NCBI GenBank assembly: GCA_002269645.1
Contig: NIVC01001294.1
Span: 62,001-126,000, forward strand
Direction: 5' to 3'
Source: Macrostomum lignano
Lineage: Eukaryota
DNA length: 64,000 nt
Shown here: positions 34,345 to 48,424 of the stretch, one piece after another
How the letters are laid out: each line of letters begins with the position of its first letter
Numbering within the stretch: position 1 is the first letter of the stretch
Notes under the pieces: model-generated
What the model saw: the letters and a program-made list of their open reading frames with translations, nothing else
Told to the model about the DNA's origin: nothing
The model's database searches: none
Translations under genes and position numbers: made by a program

Positions 34345-34505
34345 TGTCTCTTCTCAGCTCTCTCTTCTCTTCTCTCTCTTCCCCCTCTCTATTTTCTCCC
34401 CTCTTCTCTCCCTTCTCCTATTTCCTCTCTCTCCTCTGCCCTCTCCTCCCCCCCGCTGTCCTCTCTCTATCCTCTCTATCCTCTCTTCTCTCTCCCCTCC
34501 TCTGT
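34345..34505. repeat. CT-rich low-complexity tract
   Basis: Nearly pure pyrimidine run. Confidence 0.8.
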
Positions 34506-34729
34506 TAAGATAGAGGCGTTGCAGTAGGTACAATCATCGATTTCTGATATGTCCTATTTTAATCGTCGAATCGGTATTTCCCCCTTCTAGAATATTTCAG
34601 AATTCGTCTTAATATCGTACAGTGTACTTGTTTATGTTTGAATTCCAGCAATTAGTGTTTAGGAGCAACTTAATTTGCGATGCAACATGCTGGATTGCTG
34701 GCCAACTCGTTTGCTTTTGGAATCTACTA

Positions 34730-35417
34730 TAGGGGTCACAATCCCGGGATCCCGGGATTTAGGGCTTTTTCCGGGATTCCGGGATCCCGGGATTCACAGG
34801 GTCGGGATTCAATCCCGGAAAGTTTATGCTATGTTTTTATTATGTCTGATATAATAGCAATTAGCAAGACAGTTAGGTAAAATATGGAACATACATGCAT
34901 CCATGTCCACTTTCCGCTGCCCACTTTGTAAAATCTTTGATGTTTGTGTTCAGTCTTGTTTAAATAATTTAACGTTGACTTTAAATTTTGAACACATCGT
35001 GCATGTCGTGACAACCTTGACAACGTGAATGCCCACTGCCCATGCCCAGACAGTAGTAGTTTATGATTGTGAATGTAATTTTTACATTCATATTGCTTTG
35101 CACAGTGATACATGTACGAACGTACATTACATAATTTAATATATGTTATACATATGCATATTACAATACATTGATATTACGAGTAGTAATATACTACTAT
35201 AATATTTAATATACTACGAGTATAATAACATCATTGTTATAATGTTATATATTACATTACCAGCCTAGCATTACCCCTATAGCTCCTACCATAACTGTAA
35301 GCGTTATAAAAATGTCAGTCGCAGCATTTTTATGACATTATAACAATGTTATGACAAGGATGGTACTGGAAAATATCAATCCCGGGATTGACAGAATACG
35401 GGATTTTGTGACCCCTA
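34730..35417. mobile_element. hAT-type MITE
   Basis: TAGGGGTCACAA...TTGTGACCCCTA terminal inverted repeats; GAATCTAC at 34720-34727 and 35418-35425 (8-bp TSD, left copy offset by 2 nt); subterminal ATCCCGGGAT repeats. Confidence 0.75.
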
Positions 35418-35776
35418 GAATCTACCCAAACAAATAAACTCTGCTGTTAATAAAATATTCCCTTTAATGTCCATCATACACTGTGGGAACCAGGACTAGG
35501 CATTCGGCAATTTAGCAAAAATAAAGTCACTTTAAGGCTAAGCCTCACTGCCTTGCGTGCGTCCCTATCTTTATCTACTCTCTGTCCGTCTTCTATCTCT
35601 TATCTAAATGTACATTGATTATCGATCGGTCCCTCAAGGCTTAGCATGCCAGGCCCCTTTTTAACCCCTCTTAGCTCTCTAACCCAATTTAGCCGTCTAA
35701 CTGCGGCACTTTCAATTCAACTTAACTGGTTTAATCAACTGCTTTATTTCGTTTGTGGAAGGGGGGCAGCCTACAG

Positions 35777-36427
35777 TAGGGATTGCAATCCTGGGATTGG
35801 GGTCCCGAATCCCGGGACAAATTTTTGTTTTTATTTTTACGAAGTGTTGTAATATGAACATAATTGGACTCACAACTAGTTATTATACTGCGCTAATTTC
35901 CGTTAACTGCCTTCACGTCGCGTGGCGTCTTTTTAAACTCGGCGTCACAGATTTAAATGTGAAATTTATTCCAATTTAAAATTTGATATTTGATTTGCTT
36001 CTTTACTACTAGTTATTACTTTTATACTACTTACTTAAATACGTCACAAGATAATCGCCGGAATTCGGCCAATCCCAGGATCAGAAAAATACAGATTTTT
36101 AAGCTTCCGGGTTGGAATTTTTAAGGCTAAACGTTTTTTGCTGACATTTTTGATTGTAGATCGAGAGTTAATGATCTATTTGTAGATGAAAAACAGCATT
36201 ATCTTGTGAGTGACGTATTTAAGTTGTATAAAATTACTAGTATATTAGTAGTTAAGAAGTAAACCAAATATCAAAATTTACATTGCAAATTTCACATTAA
36301 AATCCACAAAATGCCAACAAAAATAACAATAACAAAACAAAAATAACAAAAATACAAACAAAAATGTTTCCCGGGGATCGGGAAATTTAGATTTAAAATC
36401 CCGGGATTGGGATTTGGGCAATCCCTG
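35777..36427. mobile_element. hAT-like MITE with internal inverted repeat
   Basis: TAGGGATTGC...GCAATCCCTG ends; ATCCCGGGA motifs; about 35935-36055 is inverted at about 36200-36310. TSD not recognised. Confidence 0.6.
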
Positions 36428-37188
36428 TAACAGACCCGTCCGCCCAACAGAAACCAATCAGAAACTCATTATGAACCCTAACCCTAGCTTTTATTTCGTC
36501 ATCGGTATTCGGTACTAGCTAGATACATTTAGGAAAGTCAATGTAAATCATTGGTGAAAGAAGATTTGATGGTTGCCGGAGATCTAGCGCGAAGCCTTCG
36601 GCGACATCGTCTCACAACAATCAGCACTGAGACGAATCTGCCGGCCTTCTGCTTCGCATATTTCGCAACAATACTGTACGCAGCCACAGCATTTTACACA
36701 CGCTTCACGCGGAGTGTACAGCGCACTGACTGTTTAATTGTCAGGTATGTACATTGCGCATTCTCATGTACACTAGCAAAGTGCTGAGTTTTTCGTTTCT
36801 AGGAAAGTCGGAGAGTTTTGTTTAATCAGTGTACCATCCAATTCGGTCAAAAGTGGCCCCATTTTATGTAAAGTAAATTAGAGACACCACAGTTGCAGTC
36901 TGCACTGACCTGACCCTCCTGAACACCATTGGCGTTGTTTTAACTTGCATTGGCTAAAACTTTTAAGCTGACAGATGCTGTCTTTTGATTAGAAATACAC
37001 TGCATCAGTTATTCAGTGCAATTAGAGACTTTCTCTAACTTGTAAGCTGTGTGCAGTTTTGTCTCGCTGCATAAACACTTCTATATAGATCAACTGTTTC
37101 AATTGGTAGGCAGGCGTGCTGATTCTGCAGCTTCTGTTGAATCCGTTGCTTAACAGTTTCTGAAATTTTTTCTAGCTCGCAAGCCGCA

Positions 37189-38705
37189 ATGCTTCGTTCA
37201 GTGGCTATTTTGCTGGCTCTTTTGATCGGCGGCGTTGTCTGCGATCCTGTCACTAAGTTTGTCGACTGCGGTAAGCTGACTGCCATGTCACTGCGTCACG
37301 GGGTCTAAGCATGTGCTTCCCCTTCTGTTTTTCCTGGAGGGAGCTGCTTCCCCTTCTGTTTTTCCTGGAGGCCTGCTGCCCTTTCTGTGTTTCATGGAGG
37401 CCTGCTGCCCCTTCTGTGTTTCATGGAGGGCTGCTGCCTCTTCTGTTTTTCCTGGAGGGCTGCTGCCCCTTCTGTGTTTCATGGAGGCCTGCTGCCCCTT
37501 CTGTGTTTCATGGAGGCCTGCTGCCCCTTCTGTGTTTCATGGAGGGCTGCTGCCTCTTCTGTTTTTCCTGGAGGCCTGCTGCCCCTTCTGTGTTTCCTGG
37601 AGGGCTGCTGCCCTTTCTGTGTTTCCTGGAGGGCTGCTGCCCCTTCTGTGTTTCATGGAGGCCTGCTGCCCCTGAAGTCTGTTTCATTGGCTGCTGCCCC
37701 TACTGTGTTTCATGGAGGGGTTGGAGCGCTTGGAGGGCTGCTGCCCTTCTGAATCTCCTAGAGGGCTGCTACCCCTTCTGTTTTCATGCGCGTCTGTTGT
37801 ACCAAGGTTTTTATGAGGGACTGGATTTACGGTTAAGTGAGATTAACTAAATTCTGGATTTGTACATAAATGTATTTTCAGGGACTTGTGGTGAAATTTT
37901 CGCATATTAAGGGCAAACCACCAGTGCACAGTGTAAGCATGCGTGACACTCTGAGAAAATCAGGGCCGCTGTGCATCCTATGTGAGCGAATCCGTGTGCT
38001 TGCCCGTGCTCGGGGGTCGGTGGAATGGGCATGACTGCTTTCCACTCTAAACTTTGCACACGCCAATAGAGATTTGCTTCACACTCTTTTCTCGCTACTC
38101 GGTAGTAGGCTATTTCATATTAACCCATGATGGGTTTTACGGAATCCCGTCGCTCACAGGGTTCTCTAGCTGTATTCCAAACCCTCCGCAGGCTCCAAAG
38201 CCGGCAAGATCGACAGTCTAGACGTGACCCCGTGTCCGAAGATTCCCTGCGAGCTGCCTAGAGGCTCGAATGCACAGATCAAAATCACCTTCACACCGTC
38301 CGAGAACAGCACCAGCGTGAAGGCGGTGGTTCACGGCATTGTCGCCAAAATCCCCGTGCCGTTTCCGCTGCCCGACACGAACGCCTGCGACTCGATGGCA
38401 CCTGCTTGCCCGCTGAAGGCCGGCACCCAGGCTGTGTACACATCAACTCTGCAGGTCAAAAGCAGCTACCCAGCTGTGAGTGCTCCAGATTCATGCCAGT
38501 TTATCCTATTCTGTCTTTGATTCAAGTTCTGTCTGCTTATTCGTGTCGTATCTGACTCCACGGCTCTAACTCTTGTCCGTTTTTGTTTATTTTTGCACCT
38601 GCCGTTGTTTAACCCGACCAGGTTGGCGTGGTCGTCAAATGGGAGCTCGCCGATGCCAAGGAAGTCGACTTTGTCTGCCTGGAGGTCCCGGCCCGTCTAG
38701 TTTAA
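37189..38705 (+). CDS. NPC2: NPC2 / ML-domain sterol-binding protein (149 aa)
   Basis: Exons 37189-37270, 38192-38475, 38622-38705. Signal peptide MLRSVAILLALLIGGVVC, FVDCG, VTPCPKIPCEL, VHGIVAKIPVPFPLP, ACD..PACPLKAG, YP, VKWEL...VC; six cysteines. Confidence 0.93.
37310..37790. repeat. 29-bp minisatellite in NPC2 intron 1
   Basis: GGAGGCCTGCTGCCCCTTCTGTGTTTCAT variants. Confidence 0.92.
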
Positions 38706-40894
38706 GCGGACCCAGGAGGCTGTGATGGAGCCGGATTATTCAGAACACTTAATTGCAGACTGTCGAATTAAAATATCTTTATTCCGAGCTCTTGTTGAAG
38801 CTTCAATGCTCTCAGTATTTAATGATTTCCTTCCAACAGTAGCAATTATGCTTATATTTTCCTCAAGTTACTACTAACGATTCCTAATTCAGTAGCATAG
38901 TTTGAATGCAATTCCTAAACTATACTTATCAATCGGTCAGTAACTCGGCTCCGCACTCTGGCATGTGCGAGAAGACAGCCATAACTCACTGCGCTTTTGC
39001 TGCAATTAGCAACAGCATGAAGAGGGCCCTCTGTCCCCCAGGAAAAATTATTATGAAGCAATAAAACTGCCCCAAAGGCCATTATCTCGGCGACTTCTTT
39101 CAGCAAAATTCCGCTCGTACAAAGAGAGGTGACATGCTGACGCGCCCAACCGCTTGTGTAATTCTATTCGCTCCCTTGCCTGTCGGCTTGGCAAGCTCAA
39201 TTTGCGACCGGATGCCGGCCGACTGACGCGGCTTCTCTGGGCCGTTTGCTTGGCTAAAACAACTGGAAAGGCCATGGCAACACGGCTGTCAAGGCAAGTT
39301 GTAAACAGGAAATGGCCCGACTGTGCGCATTGGCATGCACGGAATGAATTACATGTAGACAGGCATTCATCTGCGGCTCGTGCACGAATATGGACCTGGG
39401 GCTTCTCGAAGGCCAGCCTCGAGATGGGAAAAAATTTATACACAAATTGAAATGAAAATTACTACACGAAACCGAATATCGAAGCTATGAGCCCCGGGGT
39501 TCCAAGGAGAGCACTCGATATTCAAATTTGGCGAGAACACAGGGACACAAGAAGGCATTAGTTGAGTGCGATTCGCGTGTCAATGGCCTCACGCGTAGGA
39601 CTCAGGACTGTGGGATATTTGGGATATGTAGGACGATCGCTCCGCATTTGTAGTGCTTCCCACCTGAGCTTGGCAACCTGCAGGTAAGCCAGTGCAGCAG
39701 TGGCTAGGATTTGCGTGACTGCAGATCTTGCCTCCATCCTCATAATCCCTCACTACTGAGAGTCTTTGATCTGTGCCGCCAAAGATGGGCCTTTGAAGGA
39801 CTGAAGGAGTTGATGAGTGTGGTTGCAGCTCTGCATTTGGCATACTGGCGGCATACTTTAGTAGATATGAATATTCTTTCAGAGAAAGAGTCAAAATGAT
39901 GAAGGAGAGCTGGGGGCATACTCTCGTATTGAGCAAAGCATTTACTCGCGCGAGCTCAGTGAGGTGTGAAAGCCGCCTCGGAGGTCATCAGCTGCGTGGA
40001 AATCAAGGTTAGTCGGACTGATCGGAAAGCGCGATGATTGAGTCAGGCCGCCCCTAAATGTATGGGATAAATTAGGGCGGCGAAGATTAGGGGAAAAGTC
40101 GGAGAAGCTCCCCAACTCCCTTGACTCGGTCAGTCTCACCTCCCGAATTCGAATGCAGGGGAATTAATGCCATTCGCAAATTTCCCTTGCCCTCGTCAAT
40201 CGCTTGCTCTGTCTCTTTTTTCCCCTTCTTCACCCTATCCGTCTCCCTGTGCAGAAATCCCCGGTGGGAGGCAAGTTCAGGCCGCGATTGTGTCTCATTC
40301 TGTCCAGGAAATTGGGCCGAATTTCGGTGCCGGGGCATCAGAAATTGCTGTTACGCAATCGGCAGCGGAATGGGGCAGATCCGAGTGTCCGGGATGCGGA
40401 GGCTCTGCCCTAATCCCCTGCTTGTGAGCTGGCTGAGTGGCAAAGCCAGAGAGTTGCCTCTGAATCGTTGAGAACTTCTTCCGTGTTGTCTTGAAGAAGT
40501 TGCTCAAGTCTCGAATTGGTTTCGGCCGATTCCAGCCACTTGAGATGGTCAACTTCTGAGAGCAAATCTCAATTTTCTCAACTCGATTGCCATTTCGTGC
40601 CGAAACGACAAAGTTCTGGGGGCTTTCGTGTGTCTCAGTTTGGCCATCTGTGCTCGCGCTGGAGTTCGGCGGTTGTAGGCATGAGTATCGATTGAGCTGG
40701 AGACAGCTGACTCAACGATCTGAGCTGGGCGTCACGCAAAACTTTTGAGAATCGCCGGATAAGCAGTTGGTGCACGTTAATCCTGCCTTTGTATTGTGCC
40801 TTAACAGCAGAATTAAAGGTTTGGCAGAGTTTTAGACAGCAAGTAACTATATTAGCCTTTCTTGCTAATTCAGTATCCTTGAGTTAGTGAATGG

Positions 40895-41550
40895 CTGGTG
40901 CAACTAATGACTGGTGTAGCTAATGACTGGTGTAGCTAATGGCTGGTGTAGCTAATGGCTGGTGTAGCTAATGACTGGTGTAGCTAATGGCTGGTGTAGC
41001 TAATGGCTGGTGTAGCTAATGGCTGGTGTAGCTAATGACTGGTGTAGCTAATGACTGGTGTAGCTAATGGCTGGTGTAGCTAATGGCTGGTGTAGCTAAT
41101 GACTGGTGTAGCTAATGGCTGGTGTAGCTAATGGCTGGTGTAGCTAATGGCTGGTGTAGCTAATGTCTGGTGTCACTAATGCCTGGTGCAACTAATGGCT
41201 GGTATAGCTAATGGCTGGTGTAAGTAATGGCTGGTGTAGCTAATGGCTGGTGTAGCTAATGGCTGGTGTAGCTAATGGCTGGTGTAGCTAATGGCTGGTG
41301 TAGCTAATGTCTGGTGTCACTAATGCCTGGTGCAACTAATGGCTGGTATAGCTAATGGCTGGTGTAAGTAATGGCTGGTGTAGCTAATGGCTGGTGTCAC
41401 TAATGCCTGGTGCAACTAATGGCTGGTGTAGCTAATGGCTGGTGTAAGTAATGGCTGGTGTAGCTAATGGCTGGTGTAACTAATGGCTGGTGTAGCTAAT
41501 GGCTGGTGTAGCTAATGGCTGGTGTAGCTAATGGCTGGTGTAAGTAATGA
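40895..41550. repeat. 16-bp minisatellite
   Basis: GCTGGTGTAGCTAATG, about 40 copies. Confidence 0.95.
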
Positions 41551-42059
41551 GTAAGACTAACATTAAACACACAGTAAGCCCCAGACAAAGCCAAAAATCT
41601 GATGCAACGACTACCAAGAAATATTTGAGTCATTTAACGATATAAAAATCAATGATCTTCGCTTTTACTGTGCTCAGAAACTTCTCTCAACCAGCCCTGC
41701 TGCTAGTCAGCTGAGCCATCAAATATCCCGATTTCCACCTATCCAGCTGCGAAACCATGTGGTGCTCTCGGCGCTCTCAGCTCATTTTCAGCTACCGCCC
41801 GACAGACTCAACCTGAATGCGGAGGAAAATTGAGTAACGTGGCCAGTAAGCAAGTCGTGAATAATTAATTAGAGCAACACCAGAGCACCTAAAACACTAC
41901 CATCTGCCTTCTTGGTAAAGCCGGTAGCGATCCTGAAGCTTGTTTCTGGGGATATTTTATTTTAAGATTCCCAGAGCATTGAGACAAGGCTTCGTCAGGA
42001 GTGTTTTAAGAAAAAGTAATAAGTGAAATAGTAGGGATTCTTGGCAGCCCTCTGCTCCA

Positions 42060-42610
42060 ATCCAAAACGCGCCAACCCGCCAGCACCAACCGCAAACACG
42101 CCAACCCTGCAACACGCCCACCCCCGCAACACGCCAACCCTCCAACACGCCCACCCCCGCAACACGCCAACCCTCCAACACGCACACCCCCGCAACACGT
42201 CAGCCCCCAACACGCCAACCCCACAACAAGCCAACCACCAACACGCCAACACTCCAACACGACAACCCCCAACACGCACCAACACCCCAACAAGTCAAAC
42301 CCCAACACGCCAATCCCCAACACACCAACCCTCCAACAGGCCAACCAGCCAACACATCAACCCCTCAACACGCCGACCCCACAACAAGCCAATCCCCAAC
42401 ACGCCAACCTTCCAACACGACAACCCCAACACGCACCAACACCCCAACACGCCAACTTCCCAACAAGCCAAACCCCAACAAACTAACCCCCAATACGCCA
42501 ACCCCAACCGCCAACCCCCGAAATCACCAACCCCCCAAACCGCCAACCCCCGAAATCACCTACCCCCCAAAACCGCCAACCCCAAACGCTAACCTCAAAA
42601 GCGCCAACAA
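42060..42610. repeat. Degenerate C/A-rich repeat
   Basis: CCAACACGCCAACCC-like units. Confidence 0.85.
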
Positions 42611-43877
42611 CCAAACAAAAAACTAAGTCAAAGTTTCTGTTGCAGTCTTATTCACTATATCTGCATTACCTAACGCGATCATGTCCTCATTGCGTTGCTT
42701 CAAAACGTACCCTTCCTGTCAGTCAAACCGTCAGAACCAAAAGCGGAATGAAAATAATCTTTTCATTGTTAAACATTGCAAGAGCAGCGAAATGAATTGA
42801 GTTCTGGATCGTGCCAAAGTCAATTGTCGCGACCCTGCATTGTTGAGCATTGGTGCCATGGAAAAGTCGATCTAGTGGCAAGCTTCAATGCAACTCCCTG
42901 GTCAGGAAGGGTAGCGATGACCATTCTACGCCCGTAAGTGCTGTGGAGGGTAGCGATGCCCCTTTAAAGGCTTATGCGGCGTACTATCAAAGGGTCAATG
43001 AAGGTTATCGATCATTTAAATATGGTGCGGAGGCATCGAATCGTATTGTAATGCACTTTTACAATATGCAGTTAATGCAATCAGGATCAGTAGCCGGCTT
43101 GCCTCATTTTAGATTCAATGCTTAGCTGCACAGAATCATCCAGCACCATCACTGGAGCCGACCGAAGTTCTCAGCCGCTTCTGAGTCCAAAAGTACAAAA
43201 CCCAGACCAGACACTTTGTTTACTCTGGAGGAACTCGATCCAACTATTAATTAATTGTTTGCTGAGTGAGAAACGGACTGAGCCAGCGGCATTCCCGGTG
43301 CACAAATTATTACAGTGTGTCCCGTGCCGCCGTGGGGCTCCCCGGCGTGCGCTGATGCGAAGCAAAAACTTACATTTTAGCAAATATTAGCCTGTCCGAT
43401 TTTGGGGTCGCTGGGCAGACTGAATGCACAGGGAGGGGGTTGCTTTCGAAGCATGATGCCTCGAATGGTGCCAGCCAAAGCGGACGCCATTAAGAGCGCT
43501 AAAGACGGCGCCATTAAGGGCGCTAAAGACGGCGCCATCAAGGACGCACCGATAGGAGTCGCATTTAATGGAACTTCTAGCGTCGAAAATGTTAAGTTGG
43601 CTAAGTACAACCTGTTCTTTTTATTTGTACAGCTTGTTTTGTTCTTGTTCCATGCTGGGAGAAGTGATTACGAGAGCAGGATTTATCGATGGAGGAGACA
43701 TCCGCCAAGCGGAGTTAAAAGAGGCTGAGGAGGTTTAAAAATAACAGTTCGAAGGGCCAAAAATGCCCTGAGGGAAGTGAAGCTTTGAGATAGGATCGAT
43801 TTTGTTTATATCCATAGATGGATTGATTAATAAACCATAGTTGGTTTATGCCTTAATGATCGGCTTTCATACTTAGC

Positions 43878-43881
43878 TGAC

Positions 43882-43938
<57 letters not shown>

Positions 43939-44005
43939 GTCTGTCTGTTTGTCTGTCTGTGTGTCTGTCTGTCTGACTGTCTGTCTGTCTGTCTGTCTGT
44001 CTGAC

Positions 44006-44062
<57 letters not shown>

Positions 44063-44086
44063 TAGTGTCTGTCTGTCTGTCTTAGC

Positions 44087-44152
<66 letters not shown>

Positions 44153-44173
44153 TTCTGTCTGTCTGTCTCTCTC

Positions 44174-44208
<35 letters not shown>

Positions 44209-44255
44209 TAGTGTCTGTCTGTCTGTTTGTCTGTCTGTCTATCTGTCTGTCTTAG

Positions 44256-44312
<57 letters not shown>

Positions 44313-44355
44313 TAGTGTCTGTCCGTTTGTCTGTCTGTCTATCTGTCTGTCTTAG

Positions 44356-44408
<53 letters not shown>

Positions 44409-44411
44409 TAG

Positions 44412-44466
<55 letters not shown>

Positions 44467-44575
44467 GAGTCCGTCCATCTGTCTGTCTGTCTGTCCTGTC
44501 TGTCCGTCTGTCTGTCTGTCTGTCTGTCTGTCTATGTGTCTGTCTGTCTGTCTGTCTGTCCATCTGTCTGTCACT
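43878..44575. repeat. (CTGT)n microsatellite
   Basis: Direct inspection; CTTAGTGT interruptions. Confidence 0.97.
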
Positions 44576-45219
44576 GATCTCCAGTCCCCAGCTTGCAAAC
44601 GCCGTTCATGCAAGGCGGCAGGCGGTCCCTGCGGCAGCGGCCAACCCCCCCCCCCAGATCACGTGCCGCGGGCAGCAGAGAGAAGTTCAGCTCTTCCCAA
44701 CACAGCCGCCACTCCCTCTCCCAAGCCTAAGTCTGCTCGCAGCCTCAACTAAGGAGAAAGCAGGGAGCCCCGGCCGGTCATGAGATCTCCCGCCGGAGTT
44801 GGAAAGAGTCCAGGCTGAGCTCTCTGCCCCCCTCCCCCCGGGCTGAGCCACTGAAGACATCCCCAAAGTCCTTCGCTACCAGCAATGCATTTCCATCGCG
44901 CATCTAGCAGTGCAAAAATGCTCCCATCCCCTCCCAGCTTCCTAGCGCATCATCGAGAGGGGCAAAAATTAGACTTTCATTTTGCTGCTTCTCCTGAGAA
45001 GTTCCGGCCTGGACAGCTTGGCCTGCTTAATTTTATTGGAATTGGAAAGGATGGCCTTTCTCAATCGGTATCAGCGTCTACTCGCAGCAGAAATATGTTG
45101 ATCTCACGGCTAAATCATGTAACAGCACTGGCGATTAATTAATCAGTTCTTTAACCTGCGCATCTTCTAGTAGACTTTGGCTAGCAACCTTGCCTGCTCT
45201 CTGTTTGCCATTCCGTCCC

Positions 45220-46512
45220 GCACTGCCCCATCTCCCTCCTTACTGCCCTATCTCCTTTCTCACTACTCTATCTCCTTTCTCACTACCCTATCTCCTTTCT
45301 CACTACCCTATCTCCTTTCTCACTACCCCATCTCCCTCCTTACTGCCCTATCTCCTTTCTCACTACTCTATCTCCTTTCTCACTACCCTATCTCCTTTCT
45401 CACTACCCTATCTCCTTTCTCACTACCCTATCTCCTTTCTCACTACCCTATCTCCTTTCTCACTACCCTATCTCCTTTCTCACTACCCTATCTCCTTTCT
45501 CACTACTCTATCTCCCTCCTTACTGCCCTATCTCCTTTCTCACTACCCCATCTCCCTCCTTACTGCCCTATCTCCTTTCTCACTACCCCATCTCCCTCCT
45601 TACTGCCCTATCTCCTTTCTCACTACCCCATCTCCCTCGTCACTACCCTATCTCCCTCCTTACTGCCCTATCTCCTTTCTCACTACCCTATCTCCTTTCT
45701 CACTACCCTATCTCCTTTCTCACTACCCTATCTCCTTTCTCACTACCCTATCTCCTTTCTCACTACCCTATCTCCTTTCTCACTACTCTATCTCCCTCCT
45801 TACTGCCCTATCTCCTTTCTCACTACCCCATCTCCCTCCTTACTGCCCTATCTCCTTTCTCACTACCCCATCACCCTCCTTACTGCCCTATCTCCTTTCT
45901 CACTACCCTATCTCCCTCGTCACTACCCTATCTCCCTCCTTACTGCCCTATCTCCTTTCTCACTACCCTATCTCCCTTGTCACTACCCTATCTCCCTTGT
46001 CACTACCCTATCTCCCTAGTCACTATCCTATCTCCCTCCTCACTACCCTATCTCCCTCCTTACTGCCCCATCTCCTTTCTCACTACCCTATCTCCCTCCT
46101 CACTACCCTATCTCCCTCCTTACTGCCCCATCTCCTTTCTCACTACCCTATCTCCCTCCTTACTACCCTATCTCCCTCCTCACTACCCTATCTCCCTCCT
46201 CACTACCCTATCTCCCTCCTTACTACCCCATCTCCTTCCTTACTACCCTATCTCCCTCCTCACTACCCCATCTCCCTCCTCACTACCCTATCGCCCTCCC
46301 CACTACCCTATCTCCCTCCTCACTACCCCATCTCCCTCCTCACTACCCTATCGCCCTCCCCACTACCCTATCTCCCTCCCCATTACCCTATCTCCCTCCT
46401 CACTACCCCATCTCCCTCCTCACTACCCTATCGCCCTCCCCACTACCCTATCTCCCTCCCCACTACCCTATCTCCCTCCCCACTACCCTATCTCCCTCCT
46501 CACTACCCTATG
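45220..46512. repeat. 20-bp pyrimidine-rich minisatellite
   Basis: CTCACTACCCTATCTCCTTT drifting to CTCACTACCCTATCTCCCTC. Confidence 0.95.
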
Positions 46513-48059
46513 CCTTTCATGCAATTTTTCTGTTTACATTCTTGTATTTTAGAAGAGGATGAAAAGCATCGAAGCCAATTCATAGCAAGCGAATAGAAAT
46601 TCACGAGAATTCCTTGCCACCCAGGAAGGAGGTTTTGCTCTGAGCTTTCATTCTGTTTTCACCTGAAGCTCGCTGTTCTCAACAGCTACTCAAGCCACAC
46701 TGAGGGATGAGTCATCGCTCTAGTCAGAAATTGGCAAATAGTATTTTTGCACTGTAGAAAAGAAGGAGAGGAGATCCCAGCTTTTATGCCCAAATGGCTT
46801 TTTGCTATTTTTAGACCAGGCCATTGTTTTCTACTCAGCGACTCTGGGGGGGGGGTGGAACTCAACCCGAGAGAGGGCTGCTCCACTGTGCTCAGCAATG
46901 CACCTCACTGCAGACTGTCGCCGCGGGGGCAAGGGGAGCAGCTCCCACCTCTTCCTTGAGCAGTCAATGCTATTAAGTATGGCTTTATTGCGGGCGCCAT
47001 TCACTGTGAATGCATGCGTAAGGCGGTCTTCCGTGCCCCGGCGATGCCGACTCAAAGCTCAAAGGCCGTGCTCACTTGAGCTGTCGATGTCGATCTACAT
47101 CTTTGCCTACTCATATGGCCACTGAGAGAACCCCTTATAATCCAGATGTCTCATTGATATTCTCACCTGGATCGGTTTCTCGGTTCGTCTAGAGGTCATC
47201 CGCTCTTAAGTCTCAATTGTCTTAAGTTTGAGTTCCTGATCTGCTGTTCTATTCTTATAGATTTGCTAATCTAGATCTAGCGCTATTCAAGACCACATTT
47301 GGTAAATCAAATTTCCTCAATAATTCAGCTAGAGTTTCATTGAGCTTCACTTACTGCAGCCAAGCTGCATGCTACTGCTGCTGCTAGCGGAAACCGCAGA
47401 CTGAGGCGCGCAGGCGACATTCCACCCGATTCCGCCAGGTGCACCGGCCAGGATACGGCGGTGACTCATTCACCTCCCCGTCTCCCCCATTGTAATTCTA
47501 AAAGCAAGCAGTTTAGCCAGGCAATAATCAATTGAGGATAAGAGCCCCGCCACCTATTATTAACTCTGAACAGCGATTGGGGCGCCCCTCCGTCCCCTGC
47601 AGCGGCCAGAAATGATTATTTATTAACTCTATCAGCCCGTCAGCTGCCCAGCCACAATTGCCGAGGAGTTGCGAACTGACGGCCCCCCACAGTCTGCCGC
47701 CCCCCCCCGGGGCTGGGGGTCTGCGGCCAGCCTGACACGGCAGTCTGTGTGCCCGCTGAGTCATTCAATGACTGCGCGGCGCCAGGAGTCTCTTGCCAAG
47801 CACTGTCGCCGTGAAGCCACTGCCATTGTCAGGGGCTGTGGCTACCAATTCCCCCTGTGCGCTGCTCCATTCAGCGTCTTCTTATTCGTGGCGGTTGTTT
47901 CCGTTCTCAAATGAGCAGTTCTTTTTTAGTGTTGTTTGGGAAATAACTCAGAGTCTAGATTGAATGGATGAGGAGTGACAGGTTGACAGATCGACCTTCT
48001 TGTCATGCAAGGTCGCGCTGTGATTCAGAAAGTGATTCAGTAAATGCCATCTCAATCAG

Positions 48060-48424
48060 AAAGCGGCCGTTTTAATCAGTAAGCGGCCATTTTAATCAGT
48101 AAACGCTTCTGTCTCAATCAGTAAGCGCCATTTCAATCAGTAAGCGCCATCTCAATCAGTAAGCGCCATCTCAATCAGTAAGCGCCATCTCAATCAGTAA
48201 GCGCCATCTCAATCAGTAAGCGCCATCTCAATCAGTAAGCGCCATCTCAATCAGTAAGCGCCATCTCAATCAGTAAGCGCCATCTCAATCAGTAAGCGCC
48301 ATCTCAATCAGTAAGCGCCATCTCAATCAGTAAGCGCCATCTCAATCAGTAAGCGCCATCTCAATCAGTAAGCGCCATCTCAATCAGTAAGCGCCATCTC
48401 AATCAGTAAGCGCCATCTCAATCA
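48060..48424. repeat. 19-bp minisatellite
   Basis: TCAATCAGTAAGCGCCATC, about 16 perfect copies plus degenerate 5' units. Confidence 0.95.

Noticed and set aside
39250-39430. Cys-rich frame reminiscent of TE-associated CXC domains; also fragmentary frames at 39700-40700
   Set aside because: Interrupted, with no convincing motif spacing.
46980-47130. Short palindromes suggesting a microRNA hairpin
   Set aside because: Stems are too short, and no known mature sequence was recognised.
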